A stretch of DNA of 64,000 bases. Source: the human T2T-CHM13v2.0 reference genome, Homo sapiens. Within the stretch, counting starts at the first letter, position 1; each line of letters starts with the position of its first letter. Both the position numbers and the translations under genes were made by a program. Where the stretch lies: NCBI RefSeq assembly GCF_009914755.1, contig NC_060928.1; one strand, written 5' to 3'. The notes under the pieces are model-generated. The model did no database searches, was not told the origin of the DNA, and saw nothing but the letters and a program-made list of their open reading frames with translations. Below, in pieces: positions 27,801 through 41,197 of this stretch.

Positions 27801-29656
27801 AAGAGACAGGATATTTCAAGTTCTTAATATACAAATGGCTTGGAAGTTTTATCAAAATTAGGTCAAAAACATCTGCTAATTTAATACATTTCTGATGTTA
27901 TCATATTAATATACAAGATAATACGTAAACTAAACTTGATGATATTTAATGTATAGTCTTTAACACTGAAGACATAATATCTATGTGACTTGGAGTTAAA
28001 TACTCCTAGGTTGAGATCTCAAGTCTGTCACAAGTTTAGATGTCCCTGAGCAAATCAGCCTCTGTGAGACTCAGTTTACTCATTTGTAAAATGGGACCAA
28101 GAACTCTACAAGTGCTCAGAACATCTCAGTCCATGGTAAAATAAGAAAAAAAAAAAGCAGAAGACAAATATCTTCACATACCCAGTAAAAATATAAATTA
28201 AGCAATTCATGGAGTTTTTGAGAAAGGCCAAGTGATCTAGGCCGTTCCATATTTACATTTTCAATCATCGAGTAGCAAAAGAATACTTTTGTTCATTCTA
28301 ACAACCAGAAAAGCAAGAATTAACAGACACATGCATAGGTGGAGCAATGGTTTTGGAGATGACAAATAGAGGAACCTACATTATCATCATTGCAGCAGCT
28401 GATCCTATTAAGCTCAAGTAGTCTTCACGATGTTCTCCTAGTTCCAAATTTAGTACACTACTGAGATCATACCTATTTCAAGGTATGTTATTACACTGAT
28501 TAATGATGGAACTGCTGCATTCTGAAAGTCAAGTTTTAAAAGTGTATTTGTCACTCTTAACTCACATCTGGCTTTACGTGCCACAGGATACCTCTGCAGA
28601 CTTCTCAGCAGGTTGCTTAGGTAAGCATTTGCTATTCAACAAGAGTCTGACTGCAATCATCATCAGGGTTATGGCAAAGGTTAAAGCTCTGATTTTACTG
28701 AGGTATAGGAGTAAAGAGAATGATGAGGATGAGGGTAACAGTGGAGGAACTGAAGAAATGGGTGGAAGGGGAAAAGAGGTCAAGAAGATTATTGCACATA
28801 AGGCATGGCAGGAGTTCTCAGATCATGTAATAATCATAATTCTTCAGGAGAGATGATGTGTCTACCATCAGGTCTCATGCTTGATCCTCATAAAGTCCAC
28901 ACATTCAAAACTTTAAAAAAAACTGAACAATAAATTTAGTTGTAATTGTGCTAATCTGTAAATATTAAATATATTAAAAGATAAAACATGCCAAAATACT
29001 GATTCTACCCTAAGGTGTTACTGAAATAAATGAGATTACAAACACGTACGTGCACTTCCTTTTCTAGAAGTACAGAGGACTGAGTACTCTGGAGAACTCT
29101 CCAGCAGAAAGTGAAAAAATGCTGAAAGGAAAACAGTTATCTTTGTTAATGCATCACTGAGAAGTAGGAAAATAGATCCTCCTCCAAAACCCAGTCACCA
29201 AAGAACAGCAGAAATCCAAAGAGCTCTGAGGTTGAACTCTGATGACCACGAGGTATGTTTTGACTTCCACACAGGGCCTAGGCCATGCCAACACAGGGTA
29301 CCAGGAAAAGACCCCCTGTTACAAAGCTAGAAACTCAAAGGACACCACCTCCAGCATCAGGCCTAGCCAGCAATCACTCAGCTTCATGGAAGGAGAGCCA
29401 GGAAACGTGCCTGTTTTGACCTGGGCAAGAGGTAGAAGGAGGTTAAAAAAAAAAAATTATTCTCTGACAATTTGGAAACACAAGTTGACCTTCAAACAGG
29501 TCCTTTATACTACTTTCGTGTTCTTAAAAACCTCAAGCTAAAAATTAATTTTAAAATGAGTCCCCCTACACTGGCACTCGGCAGAAGCAAGCAAATATCA
29601 CAGTTAAGGATACATTAGACCTTTCTCATTAATGCTCCCAACCAACCAACACTTAT

Positions 29657-30015
29657 TGATATGGTTTGGCTGTGTCCCCACCAAAATCTCATCTTGAATT
29701 GTAACTCCCACAATTCCCAAGTGTTGTGAGAGGGACCCAGTGGGAGATAATTGAATCATGGGGGCAGGTCTTTGTCATGCTGTTTTTGTGATAGTAAGTC
29801 TCACGATATCTGATGGTATTATAAAGAGAAGCTTCCCTGCACAAGTGCTCTCTCTTTGCCTGCCACCATCCATGTAAGGCATGACTTGCTCCTCCATGAC
29901 CTCTGCCATGATTGTGAGGCCTCTCCAGCCATGTGGAACTTTAAGTCCATTAAACCACTTTTTCTTCCCAGTCTCAGGTATGTCTTTATTAGTAGCATGA
30001 AAATGGACTAATACA
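29657..30015 (+). mobile_element. THE1 (ERVL-MaLR) 5' LTR, THE1B-like
   Basis: tgatatggtttggctgtgtccccacc...aaaatggactaataca; TG...CA ends. Confidence 0.9.
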
Positions 30016-31308
30016 GTAAATTGGTACCAATAGAGTGAGGCGATGCTGAAAAGATACCCAAAAATGTGGAAGCAACTTTGGAACTGGGTAACAAATAGGC
30101 GTTGGAACAGTCTGAGGGCTCAGAAGAAGACAGGAAAATGTGGGAAACTTTGGAACTTCCTAGAGGCTTGTAGGTCCAGGCTGAGGTGGTCTGGGATGGA
30201 GATGAGGAACTTGGGAACTAGAGCAAAGGTGACTCTTGTTTCATCTTAGCAAAGAGACTGGCAGCATTCTGCCCCTGCTCTAGAGATTTGTGGAAATTTG
30301 AACTTGAGAGAGATGATTTAGGGTATCTGACAGAAGAAATTTCTAAGCAGCAAAGCATTCAAGAGGTGACTTGAGTGCCGTAAAGGGCATTCCATTTTAT
30401 AAGAAAAGCAGAGCACAGAAGTTTGGAAAATTTGCACCTTGACAATGTGATAGAAAAAAAAAAATCCCATTTTCTGTGGAGAAATTCCAGCGGGCTGCAG
30501 AAATTTGCATAAGTAACAAGGAGCTGAATGTTAATCCCAAAGACAATGGTGAAATGTCTCCAGGGCATGTCAGAGGTCTTCACCGCAGCCCCTCCCATCA
30601 CAGGCCTGTGATGGTTTCATAGGCTGGGCCCAGGGTCCATGTGCTGTGTGCAGTCTAGGGACTTGGTGTCTAGCAGCTGTATCCCAGCTGCTCCAGCCAT
30701 GACTAAAAGGGGCCAAGGTACAGCTTGGGCTGCTGCTTCACAGGGGGCAACCCCCAAGCCTTGGCAGCTTCCACGTGGTGTTGAGATTGTGGGTGCACAG
30801 AAGTCAAGAACTGAGGTTTGGAAACCTCTGCCTAGATTTCAGAGGATGTATGGAAATTCCTGAATTGTCAGGCAGAAGTTTGCTGCAGGGGTAGGGCTCT
30901 CATGGAGAACCTCAGCTAGGGGAGTGCAGAAGGGAAATGTGGGGTCAGAGCGCCCACACAGAGTCCCTACTGGGGCACCAACTAGTGGAGCTGTGAGAAA
31001 AAGGCCACCGTCCTCCAGACCCCAGAATGATAGATCCACCAACAGCTTGCACTGTGTGCCTGGAAAAGCCTTGTACTAATTCTTATATATATATTATATA
31101 TAACAATATTGTACAAGGGTACAATAAAGCCACAGACACTCAATGCCAGCCTGTGAAAGCACCTGGGAGGGAGCTGTACCCTGCAAAGCCACAAGGGCAG
31201 AGCTGCCCAAGACCATGGGAACCCACCTCTTGCATCAGTGTGACCTGGATGTGAGACATGGAGTCAAAGGAGATCATTTTGGAGCTTTAAGATTTGACTG
31301 CTCCGCTG
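30016..31308 (+). mobile_element. THE1-int internal sequence (non-coding, partly deleted)
   Basis: Begins gtaaattggtacc directly after the LTR; contains gaagcaactttggaactgggtaaca and ggagtcaaaggagatcattttggagctttaag. Confidence 0.88.
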
Positions 31309-31556
31309 TTGTGTGAATAAGTCTCACAAAATCTGATGGTTTTATAAGGGGTTTTATAAGAGGTTTCCCTTTTCACTTGGCTCTCATTCTCTCTTTGCCT
31401 GCTGCCATGTAAGACATGACTTTGCTCCTCCTTTGCCTTCTGCCATGATTGTGAGGCCTCCCCAGATGTGCTGAACTGTGAGTCAATTAAACCTCTTTCC
31501 TTTATAAATTACCCACTCTCGGGTATGTCATTTTTAGCAGAGTGAAAACTAACACA
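31309..31556 (+). mobile_element. 5'-truncated THE1 3' LTR (THE1C/D-like)
   Basis: gtgaataagtctcac...ccatgattgtgaggcctcccc...attaaacctctttcctttataaattaccca...aacaca. Confidence 0.8.
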
Positions 31557-31559
31557 ATG

Positions 31560-31822
31560 GGTAAATAATTGTCTTGTTTTTATTAATCTTTCTTAAATAT
31601 GTGTATGGCTCATACTTATTTCAATGTTTAATATTAGAAATGTTTGGGGTCTTTATTTGGAAGTTTGGTGACATTTTTGTGACCAGAAATGATCTCTAGG
31701 GATTTTATAAGTTTTACTTACATCAATTAGCATATGGTCAATTTGGTTTCATTACATATCATTTCAGTTAAAGTTGCAGTTTCCAAGAACCTATAGATGA
31801 CCTTAAGTGAGGGCTTGCTGTA
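31560..31822 (-). mobile_element. TcMar-Tigger fragment (MER82-like end)
   Basis: Ends gcagtttccaagaacctat...ttaagtgagggcttgctg|TA, resembling a Tigger TIR. Confidence 0.55.
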
Positions 31823-31974
31823 TTGAAAACTGTTGAAGCCAAGCAGAGGTACAGCATAGGTATTAATGATAATATTCTCCTATCCTTTTGAATTTTCCAA
31901 GAAAAAGTTCTTAAAAAGTTAAAACCCCCCACCTAAAAAAAAATTAAAGCAACAATAGAAAATGGAGCTGTTAC

Positions 31975-32170
31975 AGGGGTTCTCAAAGCCAGTATCAAAG
32001 TCATGCTGCCTGAAACATCACCTGAAACTGACTAGAAATTCAAATTCTCTGAACCCATTTCAGACCTGCTGAAATGGCAACTGGGAATGGCAGGGAGGGG
32101 GAACTCAGGCAGCAATCACTGCGTATAACAAATCCAGCAAGTGATTCTGATGTGTGGTGAAGTTCTACGA
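31975..32170. mobile_element. MER5-like hAT MITE
   Basis: ggttctcaaa...catcacctg...agaaattcaaattct...agacctgctgaa...gtgattctgatg. Confidence 0.55.
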
Positions 32171-33902
32171 ACAAAGTCCTAGAAAAGCTTAATAATACAG
32201 AAAAGTCTGGCAAGTAAGATCAAGAAAAAAAAGAATACAAAATAATCATAATTGTCAATACAGAAGCGATGACACTTTAAAATCAATGAAAAAGCCATAT
32301 ATTTGTAAAAATCTATATATAAACTAGTGTAAGGCGCATATCGCACTCACATATTTTAAAATAAGAGACAATAAGGGTGCCAGAAAGCATCATCAGATCT
32401 AATCTTTATATTTAACTTTCCCATCTTATAAAATATGCATATTGTTTTCATAAGAAAAATCACTTTAGTAAATACATAACAGACACTTCTGTTGCCTGAC
32501 AAGACAACCTTTAACTGTTTTTAAAAGGATCCACTAAATATATCACTTAGATCTGGCAGTTTGAGAGCTTTTAATGCCTATCCTGAGACAACAAAGTGCC
32601 AGCTTGTGTTGGCCAGGCTCAATCACAGATTAAAAAGCAATTCCCCCACAATACTTTTGTTATGAAATCACTCATAAAAGAATAACTTTCAGACATAATA
32701 CAAAAATCAATTTAATTAATTATTTCTCTATCTAAGCTAGGTGCATTTTAGGATAACTTGGCATAATTTTATGCTGTGGTAATTAACTTAAAATGAAGCC
32801 CTCAAGCCTCCTAGTTTTTTTCACTACACTAATAAATGGTGAAAGCTATGGCCTGTGGTTCAAATTGCCAAAGAACTGTATGTCAGTCACTGCATCACAC
32901 GCAATATTATCACATTTATATCTCAATTATTCAATCCTGAATATTTTCCTGTTTCTCGTGCTGACAGTTAGTAAGTTGCCATCACTTGCTTCCGAAGATA
33001 ACATAACTTTTCCGTCCTATGTTAACCAGTAAAAGTGACAGCAATCTTCTTCACACTAAATTTTTACAGAACTAACTGATGCACTCATGATTATTTAAAA
33101 GGACTTCCTTCTTAGCTTCTGAGGTCATAAAAATGTTATATTTCATAACCTAATAAAATGATATCCAAGCTTTGCAACTATTTTGCAAAACTGTTCGCCT
33201 GTATTTGTGCACATACACTTTTCAAATTATACAGAGAAAATAGCATCCCCATTTGAAAAATGAAGAATAAGCCCATGGTTAATTAATAACTAATGAAACC
33301 ATGTCTACTTCCAGTTCAGTACAATGCTTCCACCTAAGAACCCGTCAACGCAGCCGACCACTCTTCCACAGGCTGGCAAACAGTTCAACATACACCTCTG
33401 GACACCACGTTGCTCAAGTTGGGAGGTGAGCAAAACAGGTTCACATCATAAACATGTATTCTTCGATGGCGAATGTTCTTCCATGTCCACATTCCAAATG
33501 TCATTACAATTATTCTAGTAACTAGAAACATCCCACTCCCGGAAATGACTGCTAATCCTGTGGGCACCAACCCTGTCATCTTAAGCAACAATGGAGCACA
33601 ATATAATCACAGAGCCAGAACCCAAACGGCCTCTCCCAGTGCAAGGAAAATTCACTGCAGGAAAGTGGGCTGTGCCCTGGAGACACAATCAAGTATCAGG
33701 AGCAGTTATTAGAAAAAATCATGGCCCCTGAAGTTCAGAAAACAAATGAAATGTTATCCCGCTGACAAGTGAGGTGGCCTATTTGCCTAAGTCCCGTTTA
33801 TATACATGTATCTATTTTCCTTCCTTTAATAACTACATCCTATCAAGTAAAGTGCCTAATGCACTAGGGCCACAGTTTCAAAAACTTATTACCACATTGC
33901 AA

Positions 33903-34070
33903 GTACTAATTCTTATATATATATTATATATAACAATATATCTATATTAGATACATAAATATGTAATATACATTAGATATATCTAAATATATATTATATA
34001 ATATATTAGAATATATATGTGATATATAAGTGTGTGTATATATAATTGATATATAAAAATATATTAGAAT
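33903..34070. repeat. TA-rich low-complexity tract
   Basis: Degenerate (TA)n run. Confidence 0.8.
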
Positions 34071-35106
34071 GATTCAGGAAAATAAGGCTTATTATTTACA
34101 TTTTAGCAATATTAATGGATCTGAGAAGTTCTACATAAAGAAATACGCAGGTTTTGTTTAGCCCAGTGTTTTCCTCACAGTTGTGTACAGAGCACTTTTA
34201 GAGTTCCAAGTCAGGGCCACATTGTATGGGAAGGTGAATGTGATGCTACAGAAAACTCTTATGGATGAGTCAGGGATCTTGGGTTCTCTTTCCAGGCGTG
34301 CCCTAACCTAAGCGTGGGCTTCAGTTTACAACTTGCTTGAGGTTCCCTCTACCTCTATAATTAATTTCTTTATAAGTGATTATATCACAAAAGAAATTGT
34401 ACATATAAAGTTCTCACGAAGCTTTAAACGTAAAGTTTAAGAACACAATAATTCTGCCCCTTGAAAATTATTCAAAACATTAATTTGCTGCTCATTCATT
34501 CTGTAAACTGTGCTTGTCAATTTTTTTCCCCTAAAAGATATCATGTGGGCAAGCATATCATGGTTTCAATGTGGTCCCGTTAAGTTAAAATACGCCACTT
34601 TTAGAATTCACTGCATTTTTTAAAACTTGTATAGTCCAATCATTTTGAATTTCAAAAAAGTGCCTAAACAGCCTCTCATTTCTCTAGGACATTACAAGGA
34701 CAATTAAAAGGAATTTACTACAAGATCTGGGTGACTAAAACTCCCGTTACAAAAGATGAGCACGAGGATATGTGGAGAAGAGAAATCCAGCAGGCTGAGC
34801 TAAGCAGCTCTGCCTAAGCCACAACGTGGAGGCAGAACACTGCTTTTACTGCTTTCTCACCAGCGACCTCTGCTGTATCTCTGGACCTTAACGTCCAAGA
34901 ACTGAGAGTTCACCTCTCCCGGTCCCAGCAGCAAACAGGTCATAAGAGAAGAGGCAGAAGTATCTCAATAAAATTCTGGAAATTTAAAAGCATGCTTTTA
35001 GCTCAAATATGATAAACATAAACAGGCCTTAAAATACATAGATTGAACTCTGTCACACTACCATTTGTTGACACTGTATGCTACAAATCTGAATTTAGAG
35101 AAGTAC

Positions 35107-35262
35107 CTCTTTTGATTTTTCCTCCTTGGTAAATCTTCCAAATTTTTCAATCATTTCTGCCACAAATATAACATCCATTTTGTCAGAAAAGTTGGCTGCT
35201 TCCACAGTGTAAGCCAGTAACTGTCGAGCTGTTGCCACGGCATTGGTAAGATTGAGGGGCAT
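35107..35262 (-). CDS. ADGRA3: ADGRA3 exon ~10, 156 nt, GAIN: [14 protein letters not shown]...KEEKSKE
   Basis: Acceptor atgtag, donor gtactt; phase 0-0; 52 codons, open. Confidence 0.93.
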
Positions 35263-36235
35263 CTACATTTCAAAGGCAAAAATGATCAACAAAACAGTCA
35301 TTAGCAAAATGATCAACACAATCCTGACATTTTAACTTTGCATTTCAAAACAGCAACGAATTAAAAACTTTATTATTTACTCATCATGGCCTTCTTAAAA
35401 TGCTTTACAAACCCAAGAAAACTGGAATTTTAATGGAAACTCACTGGAGGGAAATTTTTTCAAGCTTGGAGTGAAATACAATAATACATAAAAATACATG
35501 AGGTTAACATGTTGCACCATCTATCTCTTCTCTGCCTATCCAAATTCTACACATACCTCAACTCCAATTGCTTAATAAAGCCTTTCCTGAGTATTCCTGC
35601 TGGGAATGATCAATACCTCCCTTGGAGCTCCTACTGCACAAGAGTACGAACTACTTATTTGGCACTTATCTTTATTGCCATGCACTGCCAGTAATGTTTT
35701 ACATGTGTTTATCTACTGACTCTAACACGGACTTAGCACCTAACATTGCAAAAGGATTTTTACCAGGTGCTAAGGGGCAAAAGAAAATACATTACACAAA
35801 AGCCATCTTCCACTTGCTTATAGTCTGGTAAGTTTTAAAAAGATGCATAGAAGCAAAGATAACAAAAAGCACATGAGTAGTTCAAGTATTCTAAGCAATC
35901 GCTTTCAACAAAGTGATTATAAAATGAATCCAAGAGGTGGCTTTCAATGTGAACTCGAAGGATGGTTAGGATTCTGTCTGGTGGATACAGATTAAAAAAA
36001 AGATATTCAAACAAAGGCACAAAGGGAGATGGTGACTGCAAAGGAAGGATTCTATAGAGGGCCTTGACTAGTGATTAAGATGGACCTGATCCTGAAGACA
36101 GTTAAGTCAACTAAAGTAAAAACACAAAATCCTTATGTTTTGCCTAGTATTAAAAAAAAAAAAAAAACTTATGTATTTGGTTTGAATACCATGTTTTCTC
36201 CACAACCCAAGTAAACATGAAGACTTTCTAGTTAC

Positions 36236-36437
36236 CTGATTAAACATATAAAGAACTCTAGTGACATCATTTGCATACTGACAGCGAGAATAATCATCAT
36301 CTGCCCAAAAGCCACCTCTATCACATCTGCGCCAAGCTTTTCTCTCATCCTGTGGGTTTCCGGGATATATCCCACTGCCATGGGTGTTCCGCGTACACTG
36401 CAGATATGCAGTAATGCCTGCCAATGTTCTGGGCCAT
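36236..36437 (-). CDS. ADGRA3: ADGRA3 exon ~9, 202 nt, hormone-receptor (HRM) domain: WPRTLAGITAYLQC...VLYMFNQ
   Basis: Acceptor tctctag, donor gtaact; ORF 36107..36463. Confidence 0.95.
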
Positions 36438-38051
36438 CTAGAGATGAAGACAAAATAGTACAAGAAAATCTAAATGACACGGGTACATCAAGAATAACAA
36501 CAGCAGAGAAAAAAATCAAAGATGAAGATGTGTCATGTCAATACAACCCTGACACGGGTCATCAAAACTGGGCTGGGAGAAACCTTTGTTATTTGAACTC
36601 TATGTCTCCAAAACTGAGAATGAAATTCAACATGTTTAATACAAGTTACCATGGATGCTCATCACAGGAACCACTAAATGACAGTATCAGTCACACCAAA
36701 ACAGAATTCATTACAAAAACCACATAAATAGATCAAGCAACACTAAACTAAATCTTATTAATGCAGTGGGAATTTAATTGCATAATATCTTAAGGAGTGT
36801 CAAAGACAAATAATTCATTGATCTATAAACATTTAATTGCTCTATTTTTAAAAATGTAAAGCACTCAAAACTATGAGAATATAGAAAATCTACCATAAAT
36901 AGTAAATATCATATTAGGATTATTTGATAAAAGATGTTGAATGTAACAAAATTACCAAATATCATATATTTCACTTAAAAGCATGTACTATAAATATTAT
37001 AGATCAATACCTAATCTACATAAAAGACTTATCCATTGGCAATAATAAATGTTGATTTCCATATATTGATGTCAAGAATAACTTTTTTAAAAAGAGCAAT
37101 GGCAAACTAGCTGAGATAAAGATGTTATTATTGCTTCTTTACTTTGGATTTAAAAGATTAACACCAAAGGGTTTTCCCACCCTTGAAACACTGAGGTTAG
37201 AGACAGGAGGTAACAACTGAACCCATTAGAGACAATGCAAACTGGGTAATAAACAATCTTTATGCTGCTTCAAAGAATAACATATTTCCCTTTGTTCATA
37301 TCAACTATAAACTCATTTTTTAAATCCCTGAACATAAATAAGATCAAGTAAATAAGATATTTAAAGATGTCTTAAAGCACCTTTGAAAGTAAAGAGAGTT
37401 TAAGGTAAAAGCTGTCATCTCTTGCAAATCCTAAACTTTCTACTAAAATAAAAAAATAAATAAATAACTCCCTTTGCTTAGATTAACAAACCCCACCTGG
37501 GATTCCATGGCTCCCCAAGTTTCAGGCTACCCAACAGCTTTCATTTCCCAAAGTCCTTCTTGCTTGATTTCCAGAAGAACTGAACAAGGGGAGAAAATTA
37601 GATAGGTGTTTCTTCTAATTCTGATGCCTACTGAACTGCCAGTAGTGAAAAGTACCTTAGCAATATAAAACCTTCCAAGGTTCATCTATAAAAGAGCCAC
37701 TGGGGGGAAAAAAAACAGAAAATACCTTACTTAACCTGTTTGAATTTTGTACTCTTTTACCAGAATATCTCAAATGTTTCCCTAAGGCAATGGCTCTTAC
37801 ACAACAAAACCATTTGTTAAAAATGACTCTACTTTCAGAGATTCTTCAATCAACAGGTCTGAGATAAAGTTCAAGCACCCCTTTTGTTCATCTCCATATG
37901 TGATTCTGAAATCATTATTCTAAAGGGTAGTCCTCAGACATGTGCAGTTCTCAAATTTTGTTACTCAGGACAGGAAACCAATAATGTGTCTTAGACAACA
38001 GAAGGATCTGGGACAAATTAAACTTTTCCCCGTATTTTCCACAACACTGAC

Positions 38052-38216
38052 CTGAAGTCACCTTTGTTGTTTACCACCCTCTCTGGAGGACAGTACTGTG
38101 CAGAACTCTCTAATACCACAATATCCACAGTCCTCGTATTATTCCCACGTTTGGTCTGGACATGACAGCCCCAATTTCCAGTAGATCCAGCCTGAATATT
38201 AGAAATGGTTAGGGCA
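38052..38216 (-). CDS. ADGRA3: ADGRA3 exon ~8, 165 nt, Ig C-part and HRM start: ALTISNIQAGSTGNWGCHV...NNKGDF
   Basis: Acceptor tatgcag, donor gtcagt; phase 2-2. Confidence 0.95.
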
Positions 38217-38535
38217 CTGCATAAAGAAAGATTTTAAAAAGAGAAAAAATATAATTAGGCAAAAAAGGAGACAATAATGGGTCTCAATCATTAATTTAGC
38301 AAATATTTTTGAATGCATATTGTGGGGTAAGCACTTGCTATATAAAAATGAATTTAAAAAATGATTCCTTCCTTTAAATCCTTCAATCTCAAGGCAAAAA
38401 AGGAAAGAGATCTTTAAAATACACAATCAGGGCAATAAGAGACATATGAATCAAATGCAATGCTATACGACGCATGAGAATTCTCCTTGCAGAAATAGGG
38501 AGAGCAGAACACTTTACAGAACAGGAATGGCAAGT

Positions 38536-38810
38536 AATCCCAGCACTCTGGGAGACAGAGGCGGGTGGGAGGAGTTCAAGACCAGCCCGGCCTTCAAGAT
38601 CAGCCTGGCGAAACCCTGTCTACACTAAAAATATTTTTAAAAGTTAGCCGGGTGTTGTGGCAGACACTTGTAATCCCAGCTGCTTGGGAGGCTGAGTGAG
38701 GCTGGAGGATGGCTTGAACCCAGGAGGCGGAGGTTGCAGTGAGCCAAGAGAGCACCACTGCACTCCAGCCTGGGTGACAGAGCAAGTCTCTGTTTCATAC
38801 ACACAAAAAA
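38536..38810 (+). mobile_element. Rearranged, 5'-shortened Alu
   Basis: taatcccagcactctggga...ttcaagaccagcc duplicated as ttcaagatcagcc...gaggttgcagtgagcc. Confidence 0.85.
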
Positions 38811-41197
38811 AGAACAGGAATGGCAAGCCCAAAGGCAGAAACATCGTCGTACATTCTTTAGCAAAACTTAGAGAAGTTTCCAAGTCACATCTCCCTTCTC
38901 ACAGATTCTGAAGAAAATATTCAAACATGAAAAAAGAAGATTATTACGAATTTACATAATTAAGAAAATGTTTAAGGTAAAATATAAAGGGTTACACTAG
39001 AAACAAACCAGTTACCTCCCTAAAAAGATTTAGTAAATTACCAATTAATACTTTCACAAAAGGTTTCTGTGTTAAGGTATATTTCAATTCATAAAACAGC
39101 TGTGTTTCTAAATGGCTGTCAGTAAATCCAATTTCCAAGATGAAATCATAATTCTCTAATATAAAACCTATTAATTAAGGAGCAAATGTCAGAGCCTTCA
39201 ATTAACCTTTATTTCCCCCACAGGACCCAGTATGCGTTGCTGTTATGTAGACACAAATGATAAGAAATAATTAGACAGAAAGTATGTATCATTTTAATTA
39301 ACTTACAAAATTATGTCTTAAAGTAAATACACATTTGTCCGATCTCCTAAATCATTGACGGCTACAGCAAATGTTCTAATAAAGGCTCAAGACACTTTTA
39401 TATTATGAATCATCAAAGAAAATGTTGTCTTTACTAAGTTAGAAAAATAAACATACTGTAATTAATATTTTTAAAATAGAGTGACACAAAAAAGAGTTTG
39501 ACATTAAATTTAACTTTGTCCAACATTCTACTTTATAAGGCTTTACTGAACTAGGAAGAAGTATATTTCGTCAATGAAAATCATTCCTTAATCCAGAAGT
39601 TCCCAAACACTGTCTTACTTCACTGACATAGTAACTTTGTCATGGTGCCCCACCCCAGCTCAAAAAAATACCGATGGTGGTTTCTATTACTAAATTAAAT
39701 CCCCCAAATGTCTATCTATATTCAAATACTTTAGTAGCCATTTGAAAAAAGTAACACACATAAATTTGAAATAAAATTTTTATTGTATTCTTAAATAACA
39801 ACTACTTCTTAATGAGATATGTGTGCCTGCTAGACACTCTAAAATTAATCTAACCTCAGATTCGGATCAGACAATGATGCTCATTTCTTGTTCTACAATG
39901 ACTTTTACACGTAGCACTTGCTTTGTACCACAGTAACTGTCCAAAGTCCAGCATCCCAAACACTATAATGGAGTGTTTCTAGTTTTCTTACTACTTTTTT
40001 CCCCTTCAATCTCCAAATCTGCAAATGTTTCCTGGATAACTTTTAGCAATACTTTTAATATCTAAAACCAATCACTGGAATAACATTTCCAGGAATCCTC
40101 AAGGCAGCAGATTTGGAGATTTAAAAAGAAAGAAGTAGCTTCAATTTCAACTCCTAAGAAAAATGCTGTTTCTTACTGATGAAGAATCAAAGACATGGGG
40201 AGATCAATGAAAAATCAATAGGAATCTCAGATTAACCAATGCAATAACCACATATTTCTTTCTTCTATTATTCTGGGGCAAAATCTAGGTAAAGAACTGT
40301 CTCAGGCTTCACATGAAAGATTTTCACTTTAGTCACATGTCCCTACCAAAAAAAATGTTAGGTTAACTTGTTATCCTTAGAATTAACTTTTTTTGCATTG
40401 CTAAACATAATTTAAATTTAAGCATGACTTGCAGAAATAGATTTATACAGTAAATCTACTTATTTTATAGTCAAATAATTTAGAGTTCTAAATTAATCAA
40501 AGCTCTTCTACATAGAAAATGGTTCTACTTTTAAAACTTTACTATTGAATTATACATCAATTATTGTCTGTTTATACAATAAACTGCTTAGTGTACAATG
40601 TGATGAATTCTGACATATGTATAGGCATGTGAAATTATCGCTACAGTAAAACTAGTGTAACAATGAATATATCATTTCCAACGATTAATCGTATCTCCTA
40701 ATAAGGGAATTCTGCTTCTAGCAATCACTGAGTAGCTCATATTAAATCACCCTTCCCACAGCTAACAATTATATGCCCCTGACAAATTATAAAATGACAA
40801 TCATTTGAACATATGAAGATTGATCAAAAGCAGGCAATAACTGAACAGGAGTTGATATGAGAAACAAGGGTTTTTGGCACTGGGAAGTAACTAGATTTTT
40901 TTTTAATGGCTTTTGCCCAAGGGTAGGCCTCACTCAAATAGAAACTCACAATCTTATTGGCTTAAAAAATCAGAAGACAGAGGTAGAAAGAAGTCAGGCT
41001 GGAAGCCCAAACTTCTATGTATAAAATGCACCAAGATCTCTTACTGATCCTGAACTACACTTGCAGGTAGAGAGCAGAAACCAAGACTTTAGCTTCTGCC
41101 TACCAGAGGGGACAGAGCTAGGAGTTAGTTCAGCCAAGCTAACTGCCTGACCAAACAAAAGTTAGCTCACTTTAGGAGAATATAACAGAATCCAGAG

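Noticed and set aside
30043-31254. ORFs within the THE1 internal region
   Set aside because: Fragments of non-autonomous MaLR internal sequence with no gag/pol similarity.
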